Shown here: positions 1 to 13,400 of the stretch, piece after piece
How the letters are laid out: every line of letters starts with the position of its first letter
Numbering within the stretch: the stretch's first letter is position 1
Origin: Lingula anatina
Taxonomy: Eukaryota > Animalia > Brachiopoda
DNA: 64,000 bases
Assembly (NCBI GenBank): GCA_051362555.1
Contig: CM120646.1
Span: 23,498,001-23,562,000 of the forward strand
Direction of reading: 5' to 3'
The notes under the pieces: generated by a model
What the model saw: the letters and a program-made list of their open reading frames with translations, nothing else
The model's database searches: none
What the model was told of the DNA's origin: nothing
Made by a program: the position numbers and the translations under genes

Positions 1-2319
1 TACCGGCTCACCACAACTATCGGAGGTGTGTTAGTACAAAGTAACCCCGCTTTCACGCTGTCTAGATTAGTTTGTATCCAGGAACGCTGAGGGGTGGTAA
101 AGTATGTTCTTACGTGCTCTGAACTTGTCGTTTTAAGGAGGTAAGGGGCAGTAAATAATATGTCCAAGGATAAAGTGGTACCTCCATCGCGCAATAATAA
201 TTCAATGATAATCTCTGATGTAAAATAAGGCCTTTGTACCAGTATTGGCCGTGCACAACCCCATTAAGATTTTCTGGAAATGTACGCTTGGTTTCTTTAG
301 CTGCGTGCGGTCCCTCGTTGATGCGAATCAGGAATTTCTGTTTTCGGTTTCTATATTTGTCTTTTATTTATGAGATTTGAACGCGCTTCTTGAAATCGCT
401 CGTGCATATGTGTGTGGATGACATATCTGATTATTCTAGATATACTTCACGGTAGAAGTCATTCAAAAGATCTCCAGCCAAAGATGTTAACAGGTATAAA
501 ATTATTACTAAAAACTGCTTCAAGTTGCATTTTCACTTTTGATGTTAGAACTTGTTTATTGGTCAGATACACCAGGTTGTAGTTGACATACACAGTATGA
601 TATCCTGAATTAAAGGTATGTCAAATTTACCTTTCAAACAAAACCGGAAGACTTGAAAAGAAATCGTCACGCCCAGTGTTACACCTCTTCCTTTCATGTT
701 TAAAACAGGGAGGTAGAGACTGCTTATTTTTACTCGTGAAACCTCATTTAAGGGGAAAAATGCCAAGAAAAGTGAAATATAAGACTTTACCTATTCAAAC
801 TTCCGTGAATCGCTAACGTATTATAACTGAAATCACCTCAATAGTTTCACGCAATGAAAACTCGAGCAACAATGCAACAACGCGATGGCGCGTGTAGTGG
901 TGAACGTTAATAAAAACTAAAAGCCGACTTGAAAAGGCTTCCACCCTGTGGCATTCCGCTCCCAGCCTAGTCCCATTTTTTGCGTAAAAGAAACCTCATT
1001 GCGTAAGCATCTTTTTAAGTGGTCTAATTTACCCGGCTGGTGCATATCGAACCCTGGGTCGCAACCTAGAATTTAGGATAATAGCTGTTTCCGTAACCTT
1101 GGTAATTCCTTGCCATACATTTGAACGGTATGGACTTTAGGGGGTTATTAAATTCAAGATTCGCAGTTTTTAAACACATGAAAAAGTAATTCTATCACGG
1201 CATGCGGTCATTGGTCTCATTGCCACGCACGGTTAGCGTTCATATTTGATCCGAATGTTTCTGAAACAAAAGAAATGTGATTAAATAAGTTTTGGCTTCT
1301 GGAATCGAGTTGCTGTGGACGGTATAAGAAGATATTAGAGCTGTAAGTTAAACCCTTATACCAGTAGAGGAAATATTACGAACGGGAAGAAACGTAGTTG
1401 TGTATACGTGCATGCACGTGCATACGTGTGGGCGAGGGCGAGGCGCTGAGAACGCATAAACAACATTTGATTTAAACGATGACATATGGGGTGGGGTCGT
1501 ATGATTTATCAATTTTGATACCTCCAATCGCCGAAAACTTAAAGTATCAGTTTGCTGTGTATATTAAATTCTCCACACAACAGCAATAATCCGAAGTTTT
1601 ACCCCAGATAAGATAAGATAAGATAGCTACAAGTACGAGCAGAACGCAGCCCAGGTTTCGTTGGCTTCTGGAAACTGAACTCTGCTTTTATTTCTGATGG
1701 TGTGTTTGGTCAGATAGGCGGAGGCAGGTTCACTCCTCTTCTCTGAGGCTGAGGGTAGCGCACAGTCAGTGTTATCACGACTAGGAAATGACGATAACAC
1801 AGCCACTTACATTGCAGTCATGACACGAAAGGTTAATGGTGGCACTGGTATTTTATAATATTTATTTATTTATTGACGTGACGTGACGGGAATAAATACA
1901 ATACATGAACCAAGGGGTCACCATATTTTGTACATTTATCAAATCTTATAAATGAAGGTTATAAGTTACCACTAGAACAAACACAATCGGATAGAATATT
2001 ATACAAGAGTTAAAGTAGTAATTTATGGTAGTGGTATATTTTTTATACATTTATTTGTCTTGGAAAATGTGTTTTGAGTTGCAGACAAAATTCAAGCTTC
2101 TTAACTTACTTAAGATTTTACAAAAAGGCGGAATTTTGGCAAGTCATTTCACTTCATGTGGCGAAAGAAGAACCTTTGCTTTTTCATAGCCCGTGAAGAG
2201 TTACTTTCTCTGCCAGAGATGGACCTCTTCCAAATACGAAAACCATACATTTCGCACTTTGCTTTTTTTCTCTTGGATTTTCACAAACACCTTATTTGCT
2301 GAAGTAGGCCTACTGTCCT

Positions 2320-2323
<4 letters not shown>

Positions 2324-2372
<49 letters not shown>
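2324..2372. repeat. (TG)n microsatellite
   Basis: Directly visible. Confidence 0.97.
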
Positions 2373-2374
<2 letters not shown>

Positions 2375-2410
2375 TACTGAACAGACAAAGATTGGTAATA
2401 TTGTTAATCA

Positions 2411-2646
2411 CAGAGGCAGATTTAGGGGGTTGTCAGGGGGTCCTGGCCCCCCTTTGATTTCTGAAAAAAATCACACCAATGGCCCCTTCTTGAAATTAGA
2501 ATTTTTACTAGCTGAATCGTAGTTCTAATCCGTACCAAGTGGCACTTTTCGCCCTCTAAAATACCAAACATTTTCCGGTCCATTCAACTGACCCCGGACC
2601 CCACGCCAAAACCGACCCTCTTCAAAAAATCCTGGATCTGCCCCTG
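2411..2646. mobile_element. MITE of the CAGGGGCGGATCCAG-terminus type
   Basis: cagaggcagatttaggggg at the left end and aaaaaatcctggatctgcccctg at the right end, with G-rich and C-rich subterminal tracts. A more decayed similar copy lies at ~18283-18425. No clear TSD. Confidence 0.6.
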
Positions 2647-2774
2647 TAAATGTTATACATATTACACATATTGCACAGGTTCTACTCCGCCGCTAAAGTC
2701 GTAACTTTTTGAGGTAAAGACGTGCATAATGGATGTTTAGACATTATAAGGTGACTGTTTTGATAAATTTGATC

Positions 2775-3058
2775 ATTCTAAACCCTAGGGACCATTCCCA
2801 GAGCCTAGGGTACTAACTTTGGATCGATCTATCTCCTAGGGGATTCTTGCTAAATTGCAATGAAGTAAAGTGGCTTAGATGTCTGTCACGCCTACTGAAG
2901 CTGATAGGGGGTAATTAACTATCGTTTAGCAGCTTTGTTAGGCGTCCCCGACATCTAAGCCGCTTAAGCTGAGAGCAATATAGCGAGAATCCCCTTGGAG
3001 ATGGACCGATCCTGTTAGATCGATCTAGGCATAGGAACGCAGTCCTAGACTCTAAAAT
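2775..3058. repeat. ~285-bp imperfect inverted repeat (foldback)
   Basis: ggatcgatctatctcctaggggattcttgctaaattgc pairs with gcaatatagcgagaatccccttggagatggaccgatcc. aagtggcttagatgtc pairs with gacatctaagccgctt. acgcctactgaagctg pairs with cagctttgttaggcgt. Confidence 0.85.
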
Positions 3059-4570
3059 CGAATCCAGCGCCCGACTGGCGGAAACGAAGCTGAGAAGGCG
3101 TAAAATGGAACGGGGTTGTTAAGTTTTTCTTGGAAAAAACTTGGATTGAGGAAACGCGAACAATATATGGACGTTTTACATCCTATATTAATTTCATTTG
3201 ATAACTTAAATTAACGTACTCGTCTCGCCGAAATACGTACGCATGTGGTGAAGAATATACCAGACCCTTCAACTCGACTCCTTTTTAGAACAAACTATCA
3301 TGAAGGCGTATACGGTGTGTTTTTCTCGGGTAAGGGAGGGCTTTCTTTATCGAGCTTAAAACTATATCATCCCCAGAAATGCACTGCATGACGTCACGCC
3401 TAGCCCACTGCGCATGCGTGCATTTTTAATGAGTTGCTAGATTGCCTTAGGAAAATGAATGGGTTCGCGATTCGTGGGTAATTCGTGAGAATTGACAAAC
3501 TAACGGCCTGATGCCGATAGACAGCAACGCTGTGCTATGCTTCAAGCAACTCCTGACCAAATATCGCTAGGGTTTTTAAAAAAATTCTGTTGTACACACG
3601 TACTAAGAAATTTGCCGTATATTGCCTAGACTACCCTCAGCAAAACGCAAATATTTTCAGTTATAGTGATTTTAGACGGTAGATTCACTCAGAAACAAAG
3701 GGAAATTAATTCGTTGCCGATAGAACCAGCTGATAGCAGTAACATACAGAGTCTGATTAAAAAATTTCATGGCAATTGAAGATTTTTTACCACTGTACAA
3801 TGGAATCCAAAAAGAGCACTTGGCACAAATGTAAAACTGCCCAGTGCAAGGCCAAGAATTCAATCCGTATTTTCAATCATATTATCAGATTCTACATAAA
3901 TTGACTGACCATATCACTACTCAGTATTTAACTAATCTCTTAATCCAAAATTCCTATTATCATTTAATAATTATGCAAAATTCTTCTTTCAGATTGCTAT
4001 TTATTTAAATTTTGAATGCTGCAACTGTTCCAAAATAATCTTGTAGTAAAGGAAAAATGCAAATAAGAAGTGGAAGACCAATTTTACCCACAGTATTCAA
4101 TTATTTGAATATAAAAAGAATAAGATCACGATTTAACAAATTAAAATAATCTTTCATGAACTCTTTCATGAATAACATATTAAACAAAAATGAAAGTTAT
4201 AGATCAGTGGTAATGGCTTATTCTGGAATATATGACCTCTGTACATCATCAGTACCTGACTTGGTACAGTATAGTTACTACTTGGATACAGAGTTAGATT
4301 TAATAATGTAACAATAAGAACAATATATATTATAATAATAAACTTCTCTGCACATATCAGACGCTTGTTACCATGAACTAACACTACCTGACAATGGGCT
4401 GAGCACTTATCACAGAGTCTGTGTGCGATGCCATTCTTGTACTGTGATTGGTTAGTTGAGTCACTTGAAGCCCTACTGTTGCGCCCTCGCGTATCGCGTA
4501 AATGCTGCACATTTCTGGCCATGAAACAGTGTGTGACATAAAAAAAGATGTGACAGTTTTGACTGAAGCA

Positions 4571-4630
4571 CATGTAACACGCACGTATGACATGCACGTG
4601 TAACATGCACGTGTAACATGCACGCACATG
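4571..4630. repeat. 14-bp tandem repeat (catgcacgtgtaac-like), self-complementary
   Basis: catgtaacacgcacgtatgacatgcacgtgtaacatgcacgtgtaacatgcacgcacatg. Confidence 0.8.
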
Positions 4631-7600
4631 TTAAAAAGCTCCCGAAGAAGAGCAAAGCATACTGTTGTACGGTCATGCAGGTACCAAGGGTACGCATGGG
4701 TATTTTGTACATTTACACCCCCAATAGCTTACTGACACACGCTAACACGTGTACACTTTCACGCACACACGCGTGCAAGCGAAGATAGAAAGAAATAAGG
4801 AAGGAGGGGAGAACAGATACGTTTATTATTCAGGCGGGGCAGGCAGAGGTCGGGATTCCCCAGCCAGATATGTTTTACAAGTCCGCCCCCCCCCCCTCCC
4901 CGAGCTACACACACCATCCACTCCACCCAATACTCTGTGCCTGACTGGGAAACCTAAGGGGTTCTCTCCACACAAAGTGACACTATCGAGCCTAAAGGGG
5001 GGCGTGATTTCTGGCGACCTCCGAGGCCTGTGTTGTCGTTATTAGTGTTGATATTGGCGTATGCATTGAAGCGAGGCAAATTGGATCATAATATTCATGT
5101 TCGAGTCCTAATGAAAAGCTAATATTATATTGACATAAACGCCGGGTGAAAGGTCGCGAGGTGCAAGTTCCGAACTCAAAGAGGTTGCTGTTTTTACTTG
5201 TAGTGAAACAATTTTACATGTAATAGCCAGTTTACTTTTTGGCATTGCCATTGGAGTTAGACGTAAATTATAAACGATGTAAAATGTTCTTGTCTTTTTC
5301 TCGATGTCATTTCTGTAAACTGCACTGAATGTTGATCATTACGTGCAGATGATTGATTCATGTTTGGCTGAAAAAATAATCAGAATTGAATACTGCAGAT
5401 TTATTTAAAAGATCAGCAAAAAGGAGTTATAAAGAAATGCAGTGAAGAAGGCAAAAGAAGCAAAAGATTTAATCATGAAATATTACAAGGACCTTAAGAA
5501 ACACACAGCTTTTTTTCATAGTAACACCGGATACATTCATATGTAAAATTGAAATAACTTAATTCATACGCACGCAAATAAAGAAAAATAAAATGATCAT
5601 AAAAGGAAAAAATACTCAATAGGAACGAAAGTGCAGTGTAATAGAAGCGTTAGGAAGAGTTTGCATTTAGACTGCAACTTACAAACGCACGTTTTCGCAA
5701 CAATACCGACGTTTACACACCAATGTGACTCTTTGAACGCTGTTTACGTTTCCGGTAGCCGTAAATTGGCGTCTTGGACGGCCATTAAGATAATAATTCA
5801 CGACATTTTCATTGTGAATTTTAACAAGGTCAATATTTGCGTTCATAACGTTATTAATGATGTTACACATACAGGGTTGACATTTCCTGTCGCTACTTGA
5901 TGAAGATAAATATTCAGACATATTCCAGTGGCGACGACAGTGACAAACGAGCAAATAAATTAGATTTGTTTGGTAATACCCCTTGTTAAGAATCTGCCTA
6001 GTTTATAAAGCATACAATAATCAATTATCCGACTTTAGGTAGACAGTGCGACGCTGTAGCCGTGATGAGGCTAAAGACGTCTTATTAATCGTCGAAATTG
6101 TTACGAATGTGAATCTAATCGGACCATTGCTTATAATTACGATTATCGTTTATTCATTTTTGTGACGGATTAATGCGTCGTTAACATAATAGTCTGATGT
6201 GCATTAAGGAAAAGACTTTTCTCCTATCATGCGTGCGTCAAGTTTTATAGCTAAACAAATTATATCGATCTCAAAACAGCGCTCAAGGTTTAAATAATCT
6301 TTGATTCATTATAAAATAAACTAAAGAAAGCGGTTTTATACTTGATATGTTTATAAATGCACTGAACAAGTTTATACGCAATGAAACTAAGCGCTTTACT
6401 GTGGTAATCTCCGCCAGCGGGTTATTTGGTCTAGACTTTGTGGTTCTTGGAGTGCCCGCGGGGGCTGTTGCAACAGCCAAGCACACTCCCTGTTGTAGAA
6501 ATTGCTTTGATTTCACGCTCTTTTGTTGACAGACCACGTCCATAGCTCTCTGGTTTTTCAACCAAATTAACATTGTTGATTATTCAAAAATCATATACTG
6601 ACTTTAACACACTTGTTTAACAGAGATTTACAATTTAACTGAATTATTATTATGCTTTTAATGGCATTTTCAGTATTTTTTTATTTGTGTCATCTCGTGA
6701 TTGAAACTTATTGAATGGCCGCGGGGAGTGAACATGTGGCCATTAGGTAAAAGTCCGTTTGTGCTAGATTTTGAAATATGGAGCCAAATATCGTGTTTAA
6801 AGGTATAAACCTTGCATCTACCATTATCTGCCTTCTTTTAACGCGGGTGCACTCCGTGATAGATCCTTACCCGTGTTCCGCAAGAATGTAAGCATCGTGT
6901 TATAAATCGCCCGAACGCTACCACCAACCCTTAAACGATGGGGGCCGCTTTGAAGGAATTTTTATTTCATTACCTTCAAGTAAAAGAGATAGGCTTGATA
7001 CATAATTCTATACAAAGAATTCGACATCGTTGCCCTTTTCAGGTCCTGCGATTGATTAAAAACACACTTCCAGCCTCTACTGTCAGAACCGATTAAATTC
7101 GCTACGCCCGATAGCAGCTTGACAGCCTGGTATCATATTATACCCACGTTAATGGGCTTGTTTGTGTTCTTACTTCTTGTTTCGTAGCGTAATGTTGCCA
7201 ATTTAAGTCCAGTTAGTTTACAGTTTATCCAAACATGTTTTTCCTATGTCATTTTTTACAGTGCACGTGGTATTTTATCACGCCGCGTCCGTTGGTTTAT
7301 TGGCTAATAATACTTGATGGTTTTGAAAATATGAGAGTTATTTAATTACAGGCACAAAGAACGTCCGAATTCTAGTTTAAAATAAAAATATTGATGGCAT
7401 CAAATACTTGCCTTTTTCTATTAATTCGGTGTAAACGAACCAATGCGCCAAAATATAAAAAGAAATAAAAGAAACGGGTAAAAAGGCTTCTTGAAAAAAA
7501 GCAAAAGTAGGGATAAAACCAATTTCCAATTTCAGAAATAGTTTCCCTATACACAACTTCACTTGTTTAGTCTCCTTGTTAGTTTCCACTCAATTGTAAC

Positions 7601-8403
7601 AAAGTTTATTAGATTTTGGAGGCGAAATATAACTAATTGTACTTCTTGAACAGAATGGTCGCGACATAGTGACTTGGGGCTAGGGTGTCGCAGTACGGGG
7701 ACTTCCTCTTCTCCTGTACTGTATTATGTCTATGAGGCGTCACACAGTCCACTTTTACAGTTGCGTCTACTATGCAAAATATTTATAAGATGGATATCAC
7801 ACATTTTAAGAAAGAAGATAAATCGCCTCACCATTTTTGAGCGATGAATAAGCTAGAAGTAAGCTATCTATTTTACGCTTCAACTCAATTCCTAAAAATT
7901 GCATATATATTTGTGAGTAAAAAACTTATTTTGGTCTGAAAGAGGTAGCGTCCCTCAAATTCCGTAGCGCTACCGGAGGCAAGGGTCGGGGACGTTCATC
8001 CCTGAATTCCTCGGCGCTCTTGTATGATTGAAAAACGACCTGCAAGTCTTTTGATCACTCTGCGGAAATATTGACCGTGGAGGCGAAACAGAATGTTAGA
8101 GGAAATGTCGAGCTAGGCAGCGTCAATCTACAGTGCTTTGATGAAACACACTGCTAGTTTTCGGGCTATTTCTGTTGGCTCAAGATATATTCTCTGCAAA
8201 TTCGCCAAATCATCGTACGAGGCGTACCTTTGTAAGTTTAACCTCTTGGCTTACGTAAGGTGTAATGGTTTTGCACCCTTGTATTTTATTTGGTCTTTGT
8301 TCATTGGCCTTTACATTAGGACTAACTTCTGTTCTTTTAAAGCTCTTTAAAACCGTTATCTCATTTTGTCTTTTTTTTTTTTTTTTTTTTGCATGAAAAC
8401 AGA

Positions 8404-8558
8404 ATTTCAATATGAAACATTTTTGGGGGCTTTAAATGGAGGGAAAACCGATTGTATGAAGTAAGACGGCTATGAAGTAAGACAGCATTTCAATATGAAA
8501 CATTATCTTTTGGGGCTATAAATGGAGGGAAAACCGATTGCATGAAGTAAGAGGGCTT
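8404..8558. repeat. ~83-bp tandem duplication
   Basis: atttcaatatgaaacatt..aaatggagggaaaaccgattgyatgaagtaaga occurs twice. Confidence 0.85.
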
Positions 8559-9599
8559 TTATGTGTATTGCGCGTGCGTATGCGTGGGTTTTAGATGGAT
8601 GAAAATACATAATAGGAGAAAATAACGCAACGCTTACTTCAGTACATATACTGCATTTTGCTTATGTTGCACTGGGCGGGTTTGCTAATGTCTAAACTAA
8701 AATACACCTGGCTGGATAAGCTGACAGACAGACAGACAGACAAAACATAGAAATAAATTGACAATTTAAACTTTAACCAAATATTATCGCTAAAACTACA
8801 AGAAAATAACAAGAATAAGTAAGATATGGCCTGTTAATGTTCTTGTTTTGAAAAAAAAAAGGTAATCTACATTAACTGTCAGTTTGTCCCTAATAATACT
8901 CCCCCAAACCTCTTAGTACAAGGCCCGCCACTGTACGACACTTTCCCCCACGTGTTCTACAGAACCTTCCAATCTAGGCAGACCTAATTATATCTGGGTA
9001 TTTTTTTCTTTCACAAATTAGAATCATGAGCGCATACTTAAAACACAACATGCTCTAAGTTGAACCACTTAGGCAGGGGTCATAAGGTGAAAATGAAGCT
9101 TTAAATGATCTGTCTATATTGATTGCGTCTGAGGGAAGCAACCATCATGAAACGAAGTCCCTTGTATATGATATGTTTAGGTTTAAACAGATTGGCAGAG
9201 ACCTAAATCGTAAAATGGAGGGGGTACCCCCCCACCCCCACCCCCAACAGCCACTCTGATCACTCTGTTATCACACATTTTGACTGGGAAAGACTGGCTG
9301 CTATATTGTACAGAATGGTAACAATTATTACACGGTTTCGTTTAGAAATACATTGAATATCAGGTACGTATGCAGCTGGAGGTAGATCTGGGAGTTCCAG
9401 AGAGCAGTCCTTTTACCAGAACGGGTCCGCTCTGAGTGAACTTTTTATTTTATATTTTATTTTTTATATTTTATTTATTTATTTTTCCATACAGTTTGGA
9501 GGCTGGAAAATCAGCACAGTTGTATTCTCCATCGGAGTCCAGTTGAATCATAAAGTTTTCCCCAAAACCTTCACAGTACAGAGAAGTTTAAGGAAATAG

Positions 9600-9601
<2 letters not shown>

Positions 9602-9664
<63 letters not shown>
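9602..9664. repeat. (TA)n microsatellite
   Basis: Directly visible. Confidence 0.97.
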
Positions 9665-9665
<1 letters not shown>

Positions 9666-10295
9666 TCTGTATCTTATCCGTGGATATCTAATGAAAACAT
9701 TCTGTAGAGGGTAGCTCAGCAGTAGGAATATTTCTTGATGCCTTATCTTTCACTCTTGGAGAGCCACGTAAACATGAGATGTACTGCTGCAGTGTTTTCT
9801 TGGAAATACAGGCATGAGATGAACCTTTTTATAACTGACCCATGCCAGTGGAAATGCGCTAATAAATGTGGAAAAAAATCACAAATAAAATCACATTAAG
9901 TATTTTCAGTATTCTGATCTACAAGCTTCTTCGTCATGTCTAGATATACATACTCTTCATCATATAGACCTCAAAAGTTGACCGCATAATTAGGTAAACC
10001 TGACTTGTTTGGAATGTTTCTGTCTGTCCATCTGGTAGACTGACCCACGTGGCGCGTGAGCGTTCTCCGCGTTCCTCACCGCCTGCACTTGATGTTGTTG
10101 TTTTTACTGTAAGTACACCGTCTCTATCTTCTTGACCTTAGCTCAGTATTGATACTTATGGTCAGTTATCGGCAGTAGATTTCAACAAGCTTTCTTTTCT
10201 TTCTTCTTTTTTAATTTAATCTTTTTTTTTTTTTTTCGTTTTATTTCTTTGGTTTTATGCGATTCACTTGTCTGAATAATTCATCTATGTACATG

Positions 10296-10296
10296 T

Positions 10297-10331
<35 letters not shown>

Positions 10332-10418
10332 TCTATTTATTTTTTTTTATTTAATTATTTGTGTGTTTGTTTGTTCGTTTATATTATGTTATGTTATGTT
10401 AAGTTATGTTATGTTATG
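10296..10418. repeat. (TTTA)n / (TTATG)n simple repeats
   Basis: Directly visible. Confidence 0.9.
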
Positions 10419-13400
10419 TGGGATCAATATTTAATTCTGTCCAGCCGGCCACATAGCAGCAGACCTCTTAAGGTGTTACTTGTTCCCACAATAACGAACA
10501 CGAAACCTGACATAGCGCATACGGCAGTCACCAAAATAAAACGCATAAAGATATCTGCCAGACACGTCTGTCCGTGTACAGTCTGTCTGTGTCTACTAAA
10601 ACATATTATGTCATATTAGCTGCCAGAAATAAATGAGAATCACGCCATGACATGAAGCGAAAAAAGTGAAAATTGCTATACGCTAATAAATATATAACAA
10701 TTCTGTCTGCCACTAAGAAACGTCCAAGATACATGTACAACATGCTGCACAACGTGACTGATATCGATTCACTGGACGCATCTTTCATTGCCAAAATTGT
10801 AAAAGGTCGTGATTAGATTGCGCTGGGCGTTCTTTTGCACCTAAGTCTTCCTCTGGAAAGCGTTATCTGTCCGGCTAACACCCATATTTTCGAAGTATTT
10901 ACCACACACCACCGGTCTAACGGCAAAACTGACCGCACGCGGAGCTTCTTCGGCGCTTCTTGTTTTTATTACGACAGTCTGCCCCGTCTCTTTATTTACA
11001 AACCTCTTTCCTCTCACTTTGATGTCAGAACAGTGCACTGGTGCAGATGTATTTTTTTCTTCAAATAAATACTGAGCAGTAAGTTTAATTTTTGTTTCCA
11101 GTTAACGCAGTTAAAGACGCCTGGTTTTATAAAAAGCTCAGGTCTTTAGATAGTATGACTTGCTTGTTCCCCTCTCCCACTTTTATTTTTACTTTTTTTT
11201 CAAACAAAAAAACTCTTACTACTGATTTCTTTATCTTGTGTTTTCTGAGTTTGAGGGAGAATTTTTAAAGTTAATGCGCACTGTTGAAAGTACGCGTAGT
11301 TCACGTGCCAAATTACAGCGCAGCCTGGTGCCTAATTTCGCTACGTGGAATATGAAATCTTGCCTCATCAATGTTAAAGAAGGAGCGTTCAGGAATCGTT
11401 TTTGACTTAACAAAATTTAAAGACCATCTGATTTCCTTCAAAACTTTCTTCCACGGATGGTGTAAATTTATATCTATTTAATTATTTTTCATTATATTCG
11501 GGTGTGTCCGAGTTCGTTTGCAGGACATAACCTGTGTGAAGAGGAGAGGATTAACTCTGCAGGTATGGTCCGAGTCACCCTCGTAACATAAAACATGCAA
11601 TAAAAGTGGGCACCGAGTACAAAAAATAACCCGTTGATTTACAGCAATTTAGTCCAGTTATTCGTTTTCTGTCTTCAATCCGTGCGTGTTAAGTTCCCAG
11701 TTTAACGAAAATTAGCAATCTTCTTTCCGCGGAGTTTATCGAGGTTCATGTATAATTCAATGCTGAACAAAGAAAACGAGTTAATTAGTTGGGAATCAGT
11801 TAATTAAGAGGAGGGTCATTCTTAACGAATGTATTTGAAGTCACACGAATCAGGATCGTTAATCAATACAGTTCGATGTACTGAGATTAAGAGTTCTAAG
11901 GCTGTTTACTTGCTGACCCGCTTTCAGTATGACTGTCCACCACAACGCTTTCTACACTCCCTATTGATTCTCTTTATTCATTTCCCCTTTTTTATAAAGT
12001 AACATTATTTCGGTTTTGAAATATACTATTTCCCACGTGGGCGCTAATAAGGCGCTCCTCATAGCATATTCATTGCAAATTAAGCACAATTGGTTGACCA
12101 TGTGGTCTAAGTTTTCGTGATCTAATCACAGGCAGCAGTGAACTTAGTTTGGCATCAGGTAGGCAGTACACTGAGCCACAGATTACTCTACCCCGGGCCA
12201 AGATTCCAGGGATTTTAAAAGTTTTTTTATACAACAAAAACTGAAAACAGGTAGAGATCATTTAGATGCGATTTCAAGTACACAGTAGGAGCACTGGGAC
12301 TACAAGCTTTCCGGAGACGCAGCGTCTTCCATCTCAGGTGATATATGGAGATTAATCATCGGTTTAACAACTGATCCGTGGACGACGTTCTTACGGATAG
12401 TGAGCAGAGACGCGGCAGGGAGGCTCCCGGCTTCTCACCGCGCCGGCCCCTTCCGTTCAGGCCATAAAGGCGAAGTTAACAACCAAGTGTCGGGCGCCAG
12501 CTCCCCAATATTTTACTTTTACGGGAACATTTTGGACATACTCAAGATCTCTGCAAGGATAAGAACCAGAAAACAGTAAATCACGCGCAAGGCTGGCGCT
12601 AGCGAGCCAGCCAAAGTTTCTGATCTTCCACCGCGACTGACACATGTACTTGTACTACGCATGGAAGGCGTCATCTGAACACTGTTGTAAACAGCTTAGT
12701 TTTTCAACTTTGAACGAAGAATACTGCTTAACACGTACTACAAAGAGTATCAGAACATTGAGTTATCTTATGCAACTTTCTGATCCCAGTATGAATGTTT
12801 TACAAGTCGATTTTACCTTACATGATATTTTATCTTGGCAACTTTACAAAATCAGAGCAATAAATGCAACTTCTACGTCAAAAATAATTCCAATTAATAG
12901 AGACGTGGGCAGTGTCACGTTGAAGGAAGATATATATAATTTTCTATTACAGGTTAATACGCTAATTAAAACATTGAACTGAAAGCAGGGAACATAAATA
13001 TTGGTTGTTCTTTTGGTTCACGGACCAGTACGTGAATAATTAGCACAGACAGCTTTTAAAAAGGAAACACGATTTCGTCTACTCAAGCCTAGACTTGTGG
13101 CCGCAGTCAGTGAAGGGAATTACCTTGTCTTTGTCACCTGATTAACCAACGAGTGACTCAAAACTCAAACACCTTAGTTGGTGACAAATTAAGCGTAAAG
13201 AAGGAGGCGGCTCTCAGGAGGCGGGACGCGTCATTTACTTAATCATTCCCTGGGGACCCCTCCACGAGAGAGAAGCCTATGTTTAACGGTCTAGCAGCGG
13301 ATTCTTGGGGACGAGGTGTTCATTGGCCATTGTTATCTATTATAAAGCCATTATCAGTCAATTTACATGGTTAGGTGAAACAGAGGGTGTCCTCCTTTTG

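Noticed and set aside
1020-1110. tRNA-like GGTTCGA motif on the - strand
   Set aside because: No cloverleaf or A-box could be built; at most a decayed SINE head.
4166-4712. Overlapping Cys/His-rich ORFs on the - strand
   Set aside because: They derive from the 14-bp catgcacgtgtaac repeat; there is no splice or domain support.
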